In this document: piece by piece, positions 10,349 to 20,548 of the stretch
How positions within the stretch are numbered: position 1 is the stretch's first letter
How the letters are laid out: each line of letters starts with the position of its first letter
Source: Gemmatimonadaceae bacterium
GTDB taxonomy: Bacteria; Gemmatimonadota; Gemmatimonadetes; Gemmatimonadales; Gemmatimonadaceae
DNA length: 64,000 bases
NCBI GenBank assembly: GCA_045803545.1
Contig: JBJMOW010000005.1
Coordinates: 832,001 to 896,000, forward strand
Direction: 5' to 3'
The notes under the pieces: generated by a model
Database searches by the model: none
What the model was told of the DNA's origin: nothing
The model's input: only the letters and a program-made list of their open reading frames with translations
Made by a program: the position numbers and the translations under genes

Positions 10349-11254
10349 ATGGCAGCAAAATCAGGCCGCGCATTCATCGGTATCAGCGGCTACGAATACA
10401 AGCGATGGCGCGATCGCTTCTACCCCGCCGGGCTCCCCGCGCGCCGGTGGTTGGAGTACGCGAGTCGGTGCTTCAACTCGATCGAGATCAACGGGACCTT
10501 TTACAGCCTGAAGTCGCCGTCGGTATTCGAACGCTGGCGTAATGAAGTTCCACATCGGGATTTCGTGTTCGCGTTGAAGGGCGGTCAATTCATTACCCAT
10601 AATCTCAAGCTGCGCCGCTCGGAAGCGGCTCTGGGAAACTTCTTTGCCAGCGGAGTTCTCGCACTCGGCAGGCTCACGGGTCCGATCCTGTGGCAGCTCC
10701 CGGCCACGTACGGCTTCGACCTCGACCGGATGAACGACTTCATGGAGTTGCTGCCGCGCAATTCACGCCAGGTGGAAGAAGTTGCCAGCTGGCACGATCA
10801 CCGGCTAAAGCGTGGCTCGCTAACGGAACTCGTTGCGCCGTTGAAGCTGCGTCACTGCTTCGAAGTGCGACACCCATCGTACTTCTGCCCGAAATTCTAC
10901 GATTTGCTGCGACGGCACAGATGCGGATTCGTCATCGCCGACACCGCTGGAAGATTCCCGTATGCGGAAGAAGTCACCGCCGATTTCGTTTACGTCAGGC
11001 TCCACGGCTCGCGACAGCTGTATGTGAGCGGCTACACTGATCAAGAGCTAACTGTGTGGGCCGACCGAATTCGAGGCTGGACATCCGGCGAAATCGCCGG
11101 TCAGCCGCTCGATGTTTACGTCTACTTCGACAACGACGCGAAAGTCCACGCCCCGCATGACGCGCTCACGCTCACGGATTTCGTTCTGCAGCGGGGAGTC
11201 AACGTCCCGGGAAAGGGTCAACGACTCGCAATCTCCAGCTCACCAAAGGTGTAA
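10349..11254 (+). CDS. DUF72 (YecE-like) protein
   Basis: IGISGY, EINGTFY, YVRLHG, YVYFDND motifs. Confidence 0.9.
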   Translation: MAAKSGRAFIGISGYEYKRWRDRFYPAGLPARRWLEYASRCFNSIEINGTFYSLKSPSVFERWRNEVPHRDFVFALKGGQFITHNLKLRRSEAALGNFFASGVLALGRLTGPILWQLPATYGFDLDRMNDFMELLPRNSRQVEEVASWHDHRLKRGSLTELVAPLKLRHCFEVRHPSYFCPKFYDLLRRHRCGFVIADTAGRFPYAEEVTADFVYVRLHGSRQLYVSGYTDQELTVWADRIRGWTSGEIAGQPLDVYVYFDNDAKVHAPHDALTLTDFVLQRGVNVPGKGQRLAISSSPKV

Positions 11255-11817
11255 CGAACGCCCAGATCACGCAGCAGCATCACCAGGCGCGCTAGCGGTA
11301 GGCCCATTACGGCGAAATAGTCTCCGTTCACGCACTCGACAATCGTTGCACCGAAGCCTTGAATGCCGTACGCGCCCGCCTTGTCCATCGGCTCCCCGGT
11401 AGCGATGTAGGCATCGATCTCATCCGCGCGCAGGCGCCGGAATTTCACCTTCACCTCCTCGATCGCCGAGCGAAGCTTGCGACCGCGCGCGACCGCTACG
11501 GCGGTGATGACAGTGTGCTCCCGGCCGCTCAGCATCGAGAGCATCCGCCTCGCATCGTCAGCGTCGCGCGGCTTGCCGAGTACTTTGCGGTTGATCACGA
11601 CAATGGTGTCCGCAGCTATAGTGACGACCTGAGGCTCGCGACTCGCTATCACCGACGCCTTCTCCCGCGCCAGGCGCTCGGCGTGTCGGCGCGGCGCCTC
11701 GCGTGGTCGCATCGTCTCGTCGATGTTGGATGGCCTCACCTCGTGAGGGATTCCAATCAGCTCGAGGAGTTGGCGCCGGCGCGGAGAGCCGGACGCGAGA
11801 ATGACCTTCACACTCAT
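11218..11817 (-). CDS. maf: Maf family nucleoside triphosphate pyrophosphatase
   Basis: ILASGSPRRRQLL, ADTIV, DKAGAYGIQG. Confidence 0.93.
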   Translation of the reverse strand: MSVKVILASGSPRRRQLLELIGIPHEVRPSNIDETMRPREAPRRHAERLAREKASVIASREPQVVTIAADTIVVINRKVLGKPRDADDARRMLSMLSGREHTVITAVAVARGRKLRSAIEEVKVKFRRLRADEIDAYIATGEPMDKAGAYGIQGFGATIVECVNGDYFAVMGLPLARLVMLLRDLGVRYTFGELEIASR

Positions 11818-12251
11818 CGCTCCAGCCAGAGCGTCACTGGTCCGTCATTTACCAGCTCGACGTCCATCATTGCCCCGAACTCGCCGCTCTCGACCTGGAT
11901 GTTCTTCCCGGCGAGTGCTGCCTTGAACCGCTCGTAAAGAGGAATCGCCTCTTCCGGGCGCGCAGCGTCGATGAAGCTCGGTCGCTTTCCTTTTTCGGAG
12001 TTGCCGTAGAGTGTGAATTGCGATACGACGAGAACCGCACCACCGACTTCCGCGAGGCCCAGGTTCATCTTGCCTTCACTGTCGCCGAAGAGTCGGAGTC
12101 CCGAGCATTTGTCCGCCATCCAGTCGACCTTCTCGACGGTGTCGCCATGCGTAAAACCGACGAGGAGGAGAAAGCCCCGTCCGATCTTGCCCGCCGTACG
12201 ATCACCAATGCGGACTTCTGCCCGCGAGACCCGCTGCAGCAGGACTCTCAG
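11814..12251 (-). CDS. dtd: D-aminoacyl-tRNA deacylase (probable CTG start)
   Basis: N-terminus (M)RVLLQRVSRAEV, SQFTL, GKRPSF, NDGPVT. The only start-like codon at the conserved N-terminus is CTG at 12251. Confidence 0.9.
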   Translation of the reverse strand: MRVLLQRVSRAEVRIGDRTAGKIGRGFLLLVGFTHGDTVEKVDWMADKCSGLRLFGDSEGKMNLGLAEVGGAVLVVSQFTLYGNSEKGKRPSFIDAARPEEAIPLYERFKAALAGKNIQVESGEFGAMMDVELVNDGPVTLWLER

Positions 12252-12254
12252 TAC

Positions 12255-14081
12255 CTACTCCACCGTCACTGACTTGGCGAGGTTCCGCGGCTGATCGACG
12301 TTGGTTCCGCGCTTGACCGCGATGTAGTAGGCGAGAAGCTGAAGCGGCACCGACGCCAGCACAGGCGACAGCATGTCTTTCGTCTCGGGAATTCGGAACT
12401 CGTAATCGAGCTTCCCTTCGAGCGCGTGTTCGTCGCGGGTGGTGATTGCAATCACTCGTCCACCGCGCGCTTTCACTTCCTGGACGTTGGACACGACCTT
12501 GTCGAAGACCGAGTCGTGCGGAGTGATGAACACCACCGGCATCTTCTCGTCGATCAGTGCAATCGGTCCGTGCTTCATCTCCGCTGCCGGATACCCCTCG
12601 GCGTGGATGTAGCTGATCTCCTTCAGTTTCAGAGCGCCCTCGAGCGCAGTCGGGAAACTGTAGCCGCGGCCGAGATAGAGGAAGTTTTGCGCGTTCTTGA
12701 ACTCCTCGGCGATCTTCTCGATCTCGGGAGCGCGGTCGAGAATGTCTTTGATCTTCGCAGGCAGCGCCTGCATTTCCTCGATGATCGCCTTGCCGTCAAC
12801 CATCGATAGCGCGCGCAGCCGAGCGAGTTTGAGCGAGAACAACATCAGCGCGATGATCTGGCTGGTGAACGCCTTGGTCGAGGCCACTCCGATCTCGGGG
12901 CCAGCGTGCACGTAGATGCCACCGTCGCTCTCGCGCGCGATCGTCGAACCGACGACGTTCACGATACCGTAGGTTCTTGCGCCACGCGCTTTAGCCTCGC
13001 GCATCGCGGCGAGAGTGTCGGCAGTTTCGCCAGACTGCGAAATCACGATACAGAGCGTTCTGTCGGTGACGATCGGGTTTCTGTAACGCAGCTCCGATGC
13101 GTACTCGACCTCGACGGGGATGCGCGCAAGGGTCTCCAGCATGTGCTCGCCGATGAGCGCGGAGTGCCAACTCGTGCCGCATGCAGTAATGAGAACGTTG
13201 TCGAAGCGCAGCATCTCTTCATCGGTCATGTTGAGACCGCCCAGCTTCGACGTTCCCTGCTCAGGCAACAGACGGCCGCGCATGCAGTTCTCGACCGTCG
13301 CCGGCTGCTCGAAGATCTCCTTCAGCATGAAGTGGTCGAAGCCACCACGCTCTATCTGATCCAGATCCCAATCGATCTTGCTGACCCGCCGCTCCAGTTG
13401 CTGCGCGCGCTGATTGAGAACCGTGTAGCCTTCGCGTGTCAGAACCGCGACGTCACCGTCGTCGAGGTATACGACTTCGCGGGTGTGGGCGAGGATCGCG
13501 GAAACATCGCTGGCGACGTAGTACTCGCCGTTGCCCAACCCGATCAGGAGCGGACTTCCCTTTCTCGCAGCAACGATCTTGTCCGGATCGAGACTCGATA
13601 CGACAGCAATGCCATAGGTGCCTTCGATCTGCCACAGCGCCTCGATCACTGCGTCCTCGAGGTTTCCGTCGAACGCCTCTTCGATGAGATGTGCAATGAC
13701 CTCTGTATCGGTCTCTGAGGCGAACTTGTGGCCGCGCACCTGCAGCCCCTGCTTCAGCGTGCCGGAGTTTTCGATGATGCCGTTGTGAACGACGGCGATC
13801 TCTCCTTTGCAGTCAGTGTGTGGATGGGCGTTGCATTCATTTGGCACGCCGTGCGTCGCCCAGCGCGTATGACCAATGCCGGTGTCACCGTGAACCGGGC
13901 TGGCCGTCAGTGCCCGCTCCAACTGTGAGATTTTGCCAGCTGCCTTTCGCGTCTCGACACCGTTGCCGTTCATGACCGCCACGCCCGCCGAGTCGTAGCC
14001 GCGGTATTCCATCCGCTTCAGGCCTTCGATCAAAAGGGTCGGCGCCGAGCGACTGCCGATGTACCCGATAATGCCACACAT
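12255..14081 (-). CDS. glmS: Glutamine--fructose-6-phosphate aminotransferase
   Basis: MCGIIG N-terminus, GHTRWATHG, C-terminal PRNLAKSVTVE. Confidence 0.98.
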   Translation of the reverse strand: MCGIIGYIGSRSAPTLLIEGLKRMEYRGYDSAGVAVMNGNGVETRKAAGKISQLERALTASPVHGDTGIGHTRWATHGVPNECNAHPHTDCKGEIAVVHNGIIENSGTLKQGLQVRGHKFASETDTEVIAHLIEEAFDGNLEDAVIEALWQIEGTYGIAVVSSLDPDKIVAARKGSPLLIGLGNGEYYVASDVSAILAHTREVVYLDDGDVAVLTREGYTVLNQRAQQLERRVSKIDWDLDQIERGGFDHFMLKEIFEQPATVENCMRGRLLPEQGTSKLGGLNMTDEEMLRFDNVLITACGTSWHSALIGEHMLETLARIPVEVEYASELRYRNPIVTDRTLCIVISQSGETADTLAAMREAKARGARTYGIVNVVGSTIARESDGGIYVHAGPEIGVASTKAFTSQIIALMLFSLKLARLRALSMVDGKAIIEEMQALPAKIKDILDRAPEIEKIAEEFKNAQNFLYLGRGYSFPTALEGALKLKEISYIHAEGYPAAEMKHGPIALIDEKMPVVFITPHDSVFDKVVSNVQEVKARGGRVIAITTRDEHALEGKLDYEFRIPETKDMLSPVLASVPLQLLAYYIAVKRGTNVDQPRNLAKSVTVE

Positions 14082-14101
14082 ATTTGCTTTGGTTGACTGT
14101 T

Positions 14102-15478
14102 CTATTTACCGAGCGCTTCGACCGGTTTTCGGCAGTCGCGGACTAATTGTTCCGCGGCTTCGGCCGTCGGCGCTTCCGCTATTACTCGCACGATTGGTTC
14201 CGTTCCAGAGGGCCGGATGTGCACCCAGCGATCCGGCCAGGTCAGCCGGAGCCCGTCCTGTGTATCCGCCTCGGCATCGGGAAAGTGCTTCGTTAGGGCT
14301 TCGTACACCGCGTCGAGGGGTGCGCTCGGACGCTCCAGCTTGTCCTTCACAATAATGTACCGGGGATACTGGGCGACAATTTTTGACAGCGGCTTCGACT
14401 CTTCCAGCAGGAGTTGTAGCATGAGCGCTGCACCTACTGGGGCGTCACGGCCGAGGTGAAGCTCGGATAGAATGACACCGCCGTTGCCCTCTCCGCCGAT
14501 GGGTGCGTTTTCGGCGCGCATGCGTGTAGCGACGTTGACCTCGCCGACCGGCGCGCGGATCACGCGAGTGCCCGCTTCCTTCGCGATATCGTCGAGGATG
14601 CGGCTGGTGGAAAGATTGGTAACGATGACTCCCTCGCGATGACGAAGCACTTCCTTGGCGGCAAGCGCGAGCGTGTAGTCTTCACCGATTGCTACGCCTT
14701 CGTCCGAAACGAGCGCGAGCCGATCGACATCAGGATCGACGGCCATCCCGATCTCGCAGTGCGAATCCTGCACGAGCTTCTGAAGCTCTCCGAGATTTTC
14801 CGCGACTGGCTCCGGCGGCCGCGGGAATCTTCCATCCGGCTCCATATTGATGGTCGCCAGCTTGCAGCCAAGCAGCTCGAGCAATATCGGCATGAACGTA
14901 CCGCCGGCTCCACGCACACAGTCGAGGGCGACGCGAAACTCCTTTTTGCGAATGCCGTCGACGTCGAGAAACGGAAGCGCGAGAATCTGATCGATGTGCC
15001 GGCGTGCCGCGTCCTTGTCCTGGGTCACCGTTCCGAGCTTGTCCCACGTCGCGCGTGGGAAGTTCGACTCGACCACCCCACGCATCTCGTTACCTTCATT
15101 GCCATCGAGGAATAGACCGGACGCCCCAATGAACTTGAGGGCATTCCACTCGATCGGGTTGTGACTGGCAGTGATCGCGAGGCCTCCATCGGCGTGGTGA
15201 TGTTCGACCGCGAGCTGTACCGTCGGTGTCGGGACCATTCCGACGTCGATCACGTCGCATCCGACTGATTGCAGTGCGGCATGCACCACCGGCTGAAACA
15301 TCGGTCCCGATACCCGGCTGTCGCGACCAACGACGATTCGCGGCTTCCGCCCCTGCGCGCGGGACATCGCCCAGGCGCCGAAGCCTGCCGCAAATTTTGC
15401 AATGACCTCAGGTGTCAGCGCTCCCCCTACGCGGCCGCGCACACCGGAGACACTGACCATCAATCCTTCATACGCCAT
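14102..15478 (-). CDS. glmM: Phosphoglucosamine mutase / alpha-D-phosphohexomutase
   Basis: TASHNP, DPDVDR, GGEGNGG, RPSGTEP; directly upstream of glmS. Confidence 0.85.
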   Translation of the reverse strand: MAYEGLMVSVSGVRGRVGGALTPEVIAKFAAGFGAWAMSRAQGRKPRIVVGRDSRVSGPMFQPVVHAALQSVGCDVIDVGMVPTPTVQLAVEHHHADGGLAITASHNPIEWNALKFIGASGLFLDGNEGNEMRGVVESNFPRATWDKLGTVTQDKDAARRHIDQILALPFLDVDGIRKKEFRVALDCVRGAGGTFMPILLELLGCKLATINMEPDGRFPRPPEPVAENLGELQKLVQDSHCEIGMAVDPDVDRLALVSDEGVAIGEDYTLALAAKEVLRHREGVIVTNLSTSRILDDIAKEAGTRVIRAPVGEVNVATRMRAENAPIGGEGNGGVILSELHLGRDAPVGAALMLQLLLEESKPLSKIVAQYPRYIIVKDKLERPSAPLDAVYEALTKHFPDAEADTQDGLRLTWPDRWVHIRPSGTEPIVRVIAEAPTAEAAEQLVRDCRKPVEALGK

Positions 15479-15577
15479 TCGCGAATCGTCCTCTGTTGTT
15501 TCCTATTGGGCACCGCGCGAAGCCGATAATTTACTCGTGGTTAACTTCGGTATGACAATTCCATCAGTTGAACGGAT

Positions 15578-16741
15578 ATGACACGAATCTTCGACGAAGA
15601 TCTCAATTCGGCATTCGGAACCCGCGCCATTCACGCCGGGCAGCGCCCGGACATCCTGTCTGGCGCAATCATGACGCCGATTTACACGACGTCGACTTAC
15701 GTACAGGAAGCGCTCGGCAAGAACAAGGGCTACGAATATGCCCGCGGGCGCAATCCGACGCGCGAAGCGCTGGAGAGAAACGTCGCAGCCCTGGAAGGCG
15801 GCAAGCATGGTTTCGCGTTCAGCAGCGGCATGGGCGCAACGACGTCGATCATGATGTTGCTCAAGTCCGGCGACCACATCGTCGCGAGCGAGAGTAGCTA
15901 CGGCGGGACGTTCCGTTTGTTCGACAAGGTGCTACGCAACTATGGGCTCTGTTTCACCTACGTCGACATGCGCGATCCGGAGAACGTCGAGAACGCGTGC
16001 AACGAACATACGGTTGCGATCATGACCGAGACGCCGACTAATCCGTTGATGCGAATTACCGATCTGGCAGCGGTGGGTGAGATCGCAAAACGCAGGGGGG
16101 CGCTTTTCGTAGTGGACAACACTTTCGCGACGCCGTTCTTTCAGCGCCCCTTCGACTACGGCGCGGATATCGTTTATCACTCGTCGACGAAATACCTGAA
16201 CGGGCACAGTGACATGGTGGGCGGCATTGCGATCGTGCGGGACGACATGCTCGCGGAGCGGCTGCAGTTCGTTCTGAACACCGCCGGCGCCGTGCCCGGC
16301 CCTTTCGATGCGTGGCTGGTGCTGCGCGGGACCAAGACATTGCACTTGCGTATGCCCCGCCACGACGAGAACGGAGGTCAGATCGCCAACTGGCTGGCCG
16401 CGAAGATTGGTCATGAGAACGTCATTTACCCGGGCCTGCCCTCTCATCCCCAGCACGAGCTGGCAAAGCGACAGATGAAAGGATTCGGCGGAATGATCTC
16501 GATTCTAGCCGGCAGCAAGGAGAAAGCAGCTGAGATCCTCGGCAAGGTACGAGTTTTCTCGTTGGCAGAGTCCCTGGGTGGGGTCGAGAGCCTGATCAGT
16601 CATCCGGCAACCATGACCCATGCATCGGTGCCAGCCGAAACACGCGCGCGACTCGGCATTCGTGATGATTTGGTGCGCCTTTCTTGCGGAGTTGAAGACG
16701 TTGGAGACCTGATCGCGGATCTCGAACAAGCCTTCGCATGA
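15578..16741 (+). CDS. Cystathionine gamma-lyase/synthase (PLP transsulfuration enzyme)
   Basis: YARGRNPT, ETPTNP, VDNTF, SSTKYLNGHSD, AESLGGVESL. Confidence 0.92.
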   Translation: MTRIFDEDLNSAFGTRAIHAGQRPDILSGAIMTPIYTTSTYVQEALGKNKGYEYARGRNPTREALERNVAALEGGKHGFAFSSGMGATTSIMMLLKSGDHIVASESSYGGTFRLFDKVLRNYGLCFTYVDMRDPENVENACNEHTVAIMTETPTNPLMRITDLAAVGEIAKRRGALFVVDNTFATPFFQRPFDYGADIVYHSSTKYLNGHSDMVGGIAIVRDDMLAERLQFVLNTAGAVPGPFDAWLVLRGTKTLHLRMPRHDENGGQIANWLAAKIGHENVIYPGLPSHPQHELAKRQMKGFGGMISILAGSKEKAAEILGKVRVFSLAESLGGVESLISHPATMTHASVPAETRARLGIRDDLVRLSCGVEDVGDLIADLEQAFA

Positions 16742-18024
16742 AATTGTTGATCGTCGGCGGTGGCGGGCGAGAGCATGCTCTCGCCTGGAAACTGTGTCGC
16801 GATGACCCCTCCGTGGAGATCATCGCTGCACCAGGCAATCCAGGCATCGCATCGCTCGGCCTCTGCGTGCCGATCGGCATCGACAAGATTAAGGAGCTGG
16901 CGGTGCTGGCCGAGGACGAGTACGTCGACCTCACCATCGTCGGGCCCGAGGCGCCGCTCGAGGCTGGTATCGTCAACCTTTTCCAGAGTCGCGGGCTGCC
17001 GATTTTCGGACCGACCCGTGAAGCCGCCCGGATCGAAACGTCGAAGCGGTTTGCTAAAGAGCTGATGGTTCGCGCCGGAATTCCGACGGCGCGCGCGAGT
17101 CAGCACAGCGATGCGAAGGAAGCGAAGGCCGCGCTGGAAGATTTCTCTACTCCCGTGGTGATCAAAGCCTCCGGCCTCGCCGCAGGCAAAGGCGTCATCG
17201 TCGCGCAGAGCTCTGCGGAAGCTGAACGGGCAATCGATGCAATGTTGGGCGACCGGATCTTCGGAGCTGCGGGCCGTGAGATTCTCATAGAGGAATTCAT
17301 GGAAGGCGAAGAACTGTCACTCTTCGCCATCACTGACGGGCAACAGGCGCTCCCACTCCTGGCGGCCCAGGATCACAAGCGGCTGCACGAGGGCGATCTC
17401 GGCCCCAACACCGGCGGAATGGGCGCGTACGCACCTGCCTCGCTCGCGACGCCGGAGCTGGTGACCCGAGTGATGTCGGAAATCGTCCGACCAACATTGG
17501 CAGCCATGAGAGAGGCCGCATCGCCATTCAAAGGACTGCTATACGTGGGACTGATGATCACCGACGACGGCCCGAAAGTAGTCGAGTTCAATTGCCGATT
17601 CGGCGATCCGGAAACCGAGACCATTCTCCCGCTGATGGATTCGTCTCTGCTCGAGCTTATCGCGTCAGTTGCCGGCGGTGGATCATTGAGCCGCACCCGG
17701 TACCCGGATTGGAAACCCCTCGCAGCGGTGACGACGGTCATCGCAGCGGCCGGATACCCCGATCAGGTGCAGCGCGGTGAGCCAATTCAACTTCCTCCGC
17801 CGGAGCCTGGTGTTGAAGTCTTTCACGCAGGAACCGGGAAAGATCCGTTGGGTCAGCTGGTGACCGCCGGCGGGCGCGTCCTGGCCATTACGGGTGTTGC
17901 AGAAACCTTGTGGGAAGCCGCTGAACTGTCGCGAAGCCACGCCGAGCAGGTTTCGTTCAGAGGAAAGCAGATGCGTCGCGACATCGGCTGGCGCGAGCTC
18001 TCGCGAAGTGCCCGAGCTACCTGA
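16738..18024 (+). CDS. purD: Phosphoribosylamine--glycine ligase
   Basis: GGGGREHAL, GLAAGKGV, QDHKR, GPNTGGMGAY, EFNCRFGDPE. Confidence 0.97.
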   Translation: MKLLIVGGGGREHALAWKLCRDDPSVEIIAAPGNPGIASLGLCVPIGIDKIKELAVLAEDEYVDLTIVGPEAPLEAGIVNLFQSRGLPIFGPTREAARIETSKRFAKELMVRAGIPTARASQHSDAKEAKAALEDFSTPVVIKASGLAAGKGVIVAQSSAEAERAIDAMLGDRIFGAAGREILIEEFMEGEELSLFAITDGQQALPLLAAQDHKRLHEGDLGPNTGGMGAYAPASLATPELVTRVMSEIVRPTLAAMREAASPFKGLLYVGLMITDDGPKVVEFNCRFGDPETETILPLMDSSLLELIASVAGGGSLSRTRYPDWKPLAAVTTVIAAAGYPDQVQRGEPIQLPPPEPGVEVFHAGTGKDPLGQLVTAGGRVLAITGVAETLWEAAELSRSHAEQVSFRGKQMRRDIGWRELSRSARAT

Positions 18025-18835
18025 GACTGAGACGATCGCCCGCGATCTCGACGCTGCTATTCGCGGACGGCAAATAAAAAAGGTGTCTGTAAAAAAAGCG
18101 GACGTATTGCGCGAGGTCACCGCCCGCTCCTTCGCGAAGCGTCTGCGCGATACCCGCATAGTGCGGAGCTGGCGACGAGCGAAGCTGGTGGTTCTGGATC
18201 TCGACAACGGCGACCGCCTCGTGGTGCAACCACGATTTACCGGTGCGCTGCTGATCGAAGACGCGAAACTGGACGTCTCTCAGCTCAGCTACTCGACGAT
18301 GAAATTGGAGCTCGACGATGGCCGAGCTCTGCACTACGCCGACGTGCGTCGACTCGGTACAGTCGCGCTTATGAACGCCGCGCGATTCGATGAGTATTCT
18401 GCCGCTCTTGGTATCGAGCCTCTTGACCGTGCGTTTACCACCGCGCATCTATCGGGAGTTCTTCGGGCTACTGGTCAGCCCGTCAAAAAAGTTTTGATGG
18501 AGCAGCGAAAAATCGCAGGCATCGGAAATATCTACGCGAACGAAGCGCTTTGGCGGGCACGGATCGACCCTTCGCGTCCGGGAGCGTCGATCACCTTGGA
18601 AGAAGCAGCAAGCCTCCGCGACTCGATCGTCGCCGTTTTGAGCGAAGCGATAGCGGCTCGCGGCACCAGCTTTCGCGATTATCGCGATGCCCGCGGCGAA
18701 CGCGGCGGATTCGTCGAGAAGCTGGACTCCTATGGTCGCGGCGGACTCCCTTGCCATCGGTGCGGCTCGAAGCTGGTCGCGACGCACGCCATCGACGGCC
18801 GCGCGACGGTCATTTGCGTTAAGTGCCAGCACTGA
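18008..18835 (+). CDS. mutM: Formamidopyrimidine-DNA glycosylase
   Basis: GTG start giving PELPETE; H2TH motif GIGNIYANE; C-terminal zinc finger CHRC...CVKCQ. Confidence 0.93.
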   Translation: MPELPETETIARDLDAAIRGRQIKKVSVKKADVLREVTARSFAKRLRDTRIVRSWRRAKLVVLDLDNGDRLVVQPRFTGALLIEDAKLDVSQLSYSTMKLELDDGRALHYADVRRLGTVALMNAARFDEYSAALGIEPLDRAFTTAHLSGVLRATGQPVKKVLMEQRKIAGIGNIYANEALWRARIDPSRPGASITLEEAASLRDSIVAVLSEAIAARGTSFRDYRDARGERGGFVEKLDSYGRGGLPCHRCGSKLVATHAIDGRATVICVKCQH

Positions 18836-18836
18836 C

Positions 18837-19937
18837 GTGATCCGCGGCACCGCACGGCTGGAGATCCAGCCAACGACCGACGCGCAACTGGCTCTGATGA
18901 GGGTGAACGTGCGCGACACCGCCAAAGACCGGCCCGGTGTATACCGCATGCTGTCGAGCGACGGCGAGATCGTGTACGTCGGTAAATCCAAGCGCGTTCG
19001 CTCGCGCTTACTCAGCTACTTCCGCTGCGAGTACCCGGAGGAGAAAGGCGCGCGCATTCTGCGCTCGGCCGAAAAGATCGAATGGGACTACACTCCCAGT
19101 GAGTTCGCGGCACTGCTCCAGGAGCTGCGAATGATCAAACGCTTCCGGCCTCGCTACAACGTGGCGATGAAGCGTGACGGCAGAAACTATTCGTTCATCA
19201 AACTCACCAGGGGTCCAGCGCCGAAGCTGATGGTGGTGCGCGGCCCGACCGGTGAGGACGCCGACATCTACTACGGTCCGTTCGTTGGCGCGCAGAGGGT
19301 GGAAGAAGCGCTGCGTGAGCTGAGCGACGCGCTATTGCTGCGAGACTGCAAAAGTGACCTGAGGATGTTCTTCAACGATCAGACGGAGCTGTTTCAGCTG
19401 GCGCGCACGCCCGGCTGTATTCGGCACGAGATCGGGAAGTGCCTCGGCCCGTGTATCGGTGGCTGCACTGAGACGCAGTACAATCATCGGGTTTCCCTGG
19501 CGCGAGCGTTCCTGGATGGATCAGACGATGGACCGATGAATATGCTGCGCACGCAGATGGAGAAGCTGAGCGAAGATCTCCAGTTCGAGCGCGCAGCGCA
19601 TTATCGCGACAAGCTCGAAAGACTCGAGGCGTTGCGCGCGCAATTTGGTCGCCTGCGCTTTGCAGTCGAGAATCTCTCTTTCGTTTACACGGTGCCCGGT
19701 CACGAAGGAGAGGACAAGGTCTATCTCATTCGTCGAGGTGTGGTCCGCGCCGAGTTGTCGAAGCCGCGATCGTCGAAGGATCGACGGTCGATGAAGCATC
19801 TGGTCGATGACATCTTCTCGCAGCCTGTGTCGTCGAACGCGCAGGTCCCGACGCACGAGATCGACGAGCTGCTGCTGCTATCGTCGTGGTTTCGAAGATT
19901 TCCCAGCGAGATGAAGCGGACGAAGCAGGTCAGCTGA
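18837..19937 (+). CDS. GIY-YIG nuclease with UVR domain (UvrC N-terminal/Cho-like)
   Basis: PGVYRM...YVGKSKRVRSRL, PRYN, Cys cluster C..CIRHEIGKCLGPC, UVR motif FERAAHYRD; no UvrC RNase H or HhH C-terminus. Confidence 0.85.
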   Translation: MIRGTARLEIQPTTDAQLALMRVNVRDTAKDRPGVYRMLSSDGEIVYVGKSKRVRSRLLSYFRCEYPEEKGARILRSAEKIEWDYTPSEFAALLQELRMIKRFRPRYNVAMKRDGRNYSFIKLTRGPAPKLMVVRGPTGEDADIYYGPFVGAQRVEEALRELSDALLLRDCKSDLRMFFNDQTELFQLARTPGCIRHEIGKCLGPCIGGCTETQYNHRVSLARAFLDGSDDGPMNMLRTQMEKLSEDLQFERAAHYRDKLERLEALRAQFGRLRFAVENLSFVYTVPGHEGEDKVYLIRRGVVRAELSKPRSSKDRRSMKHLVDDIFSQPVSSNAQVPTHEIDELLLLSSWFRRFPSEMKRTKQVS

Positions 19938-19942
19938 CCTGC

Positions 19943-20548
19943 TCAGGCCCTCGAATCTCCCTTCCATCTGGTTACCAGATGCTGGTCGACCTCCAGATGG
20001 TCAAGCATGCGCGCGACCATGAAGTCGACTAAATCCGATATCTCTTTCGGCCGATGATAGAATCCGGGCGCGGCGGGCATTACGACCGCACCGGCGCGGG
20101 TGAGACGCAGCATGTTGCCGAGGTGAATCGCGCTGAGCGGAGTCTCGCGGGGAACCAGCACCAGTTTTCGCTGCTCTTTCAAAGTCACATCTGCCGCGCG
20201 CTCGATCAGCGAGCGCGACGCGCCAACAGCGATCGCCGACAGGGTGCCCATCGAGCACGGGCAGATGATCATCCCAGACGTCTTTGCAGAACCTGACGCC
20301 GGCGCCGCGCCGCGATCGTCGTTGGAAAACACTTCCACGTAAGAAGCCCACGCGTCGATGCCAACCGTATCGCGCAACGCATCAATCGATTCGATTCCCG
20401 CCTCGGTAGCGAGTAAGCGGAGGCCGTACTTGGAGACGATGAGCGATACCGGACGATGGGCGGCCGTCAGAGCCTGCAGCAACCTCACTGCATACGGTGC
20501 CCCGGACGCACCGGTGATTGCGACGACGATCGGCGGAATGGTGGTCAT
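19943..20548 (-). CDS. ubiX: Flavin prenyltransferase UbiX family
   Basis: ITGASGAPY, ASGS, PCSMGTL, RAADVTLKE, PRETPL, PGFY. Confidence 0.95.
   Translation of the reverse strand: MTTIPPIVVAITGASGAPYAVRLLQALTAAHRPVSLIVSKYGLRLLATEAGIESIDALRDTVGIDAWASYVEVFSNDDRGAAPASGSAKTSGMIICPCSMGTLSAIAVGASRSLIERAADVTLKEQRKLVLVPRETPLSAIHLGNMLRLTRAGAVVMPAAPGFYHRPKEISDLVDFMVARMLDHLEVDQHLVTRWKGDSRA

Noticed and set aside
14082..14101. glmS ribozyme
   Set aside because: Only 20 bp separate glmM and glmS, leaving no room for the ribozyme.
15552..15581. 9-codon uORF (MTIPSVERI) overlapping the start of the cystathionine lyase/synthase gene
   Set aside because: It has no Met/Cys-rich content, no SD and no attenuator hairpin, so it is likely chance. 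I did not recognise a SAM riboswitch here either.
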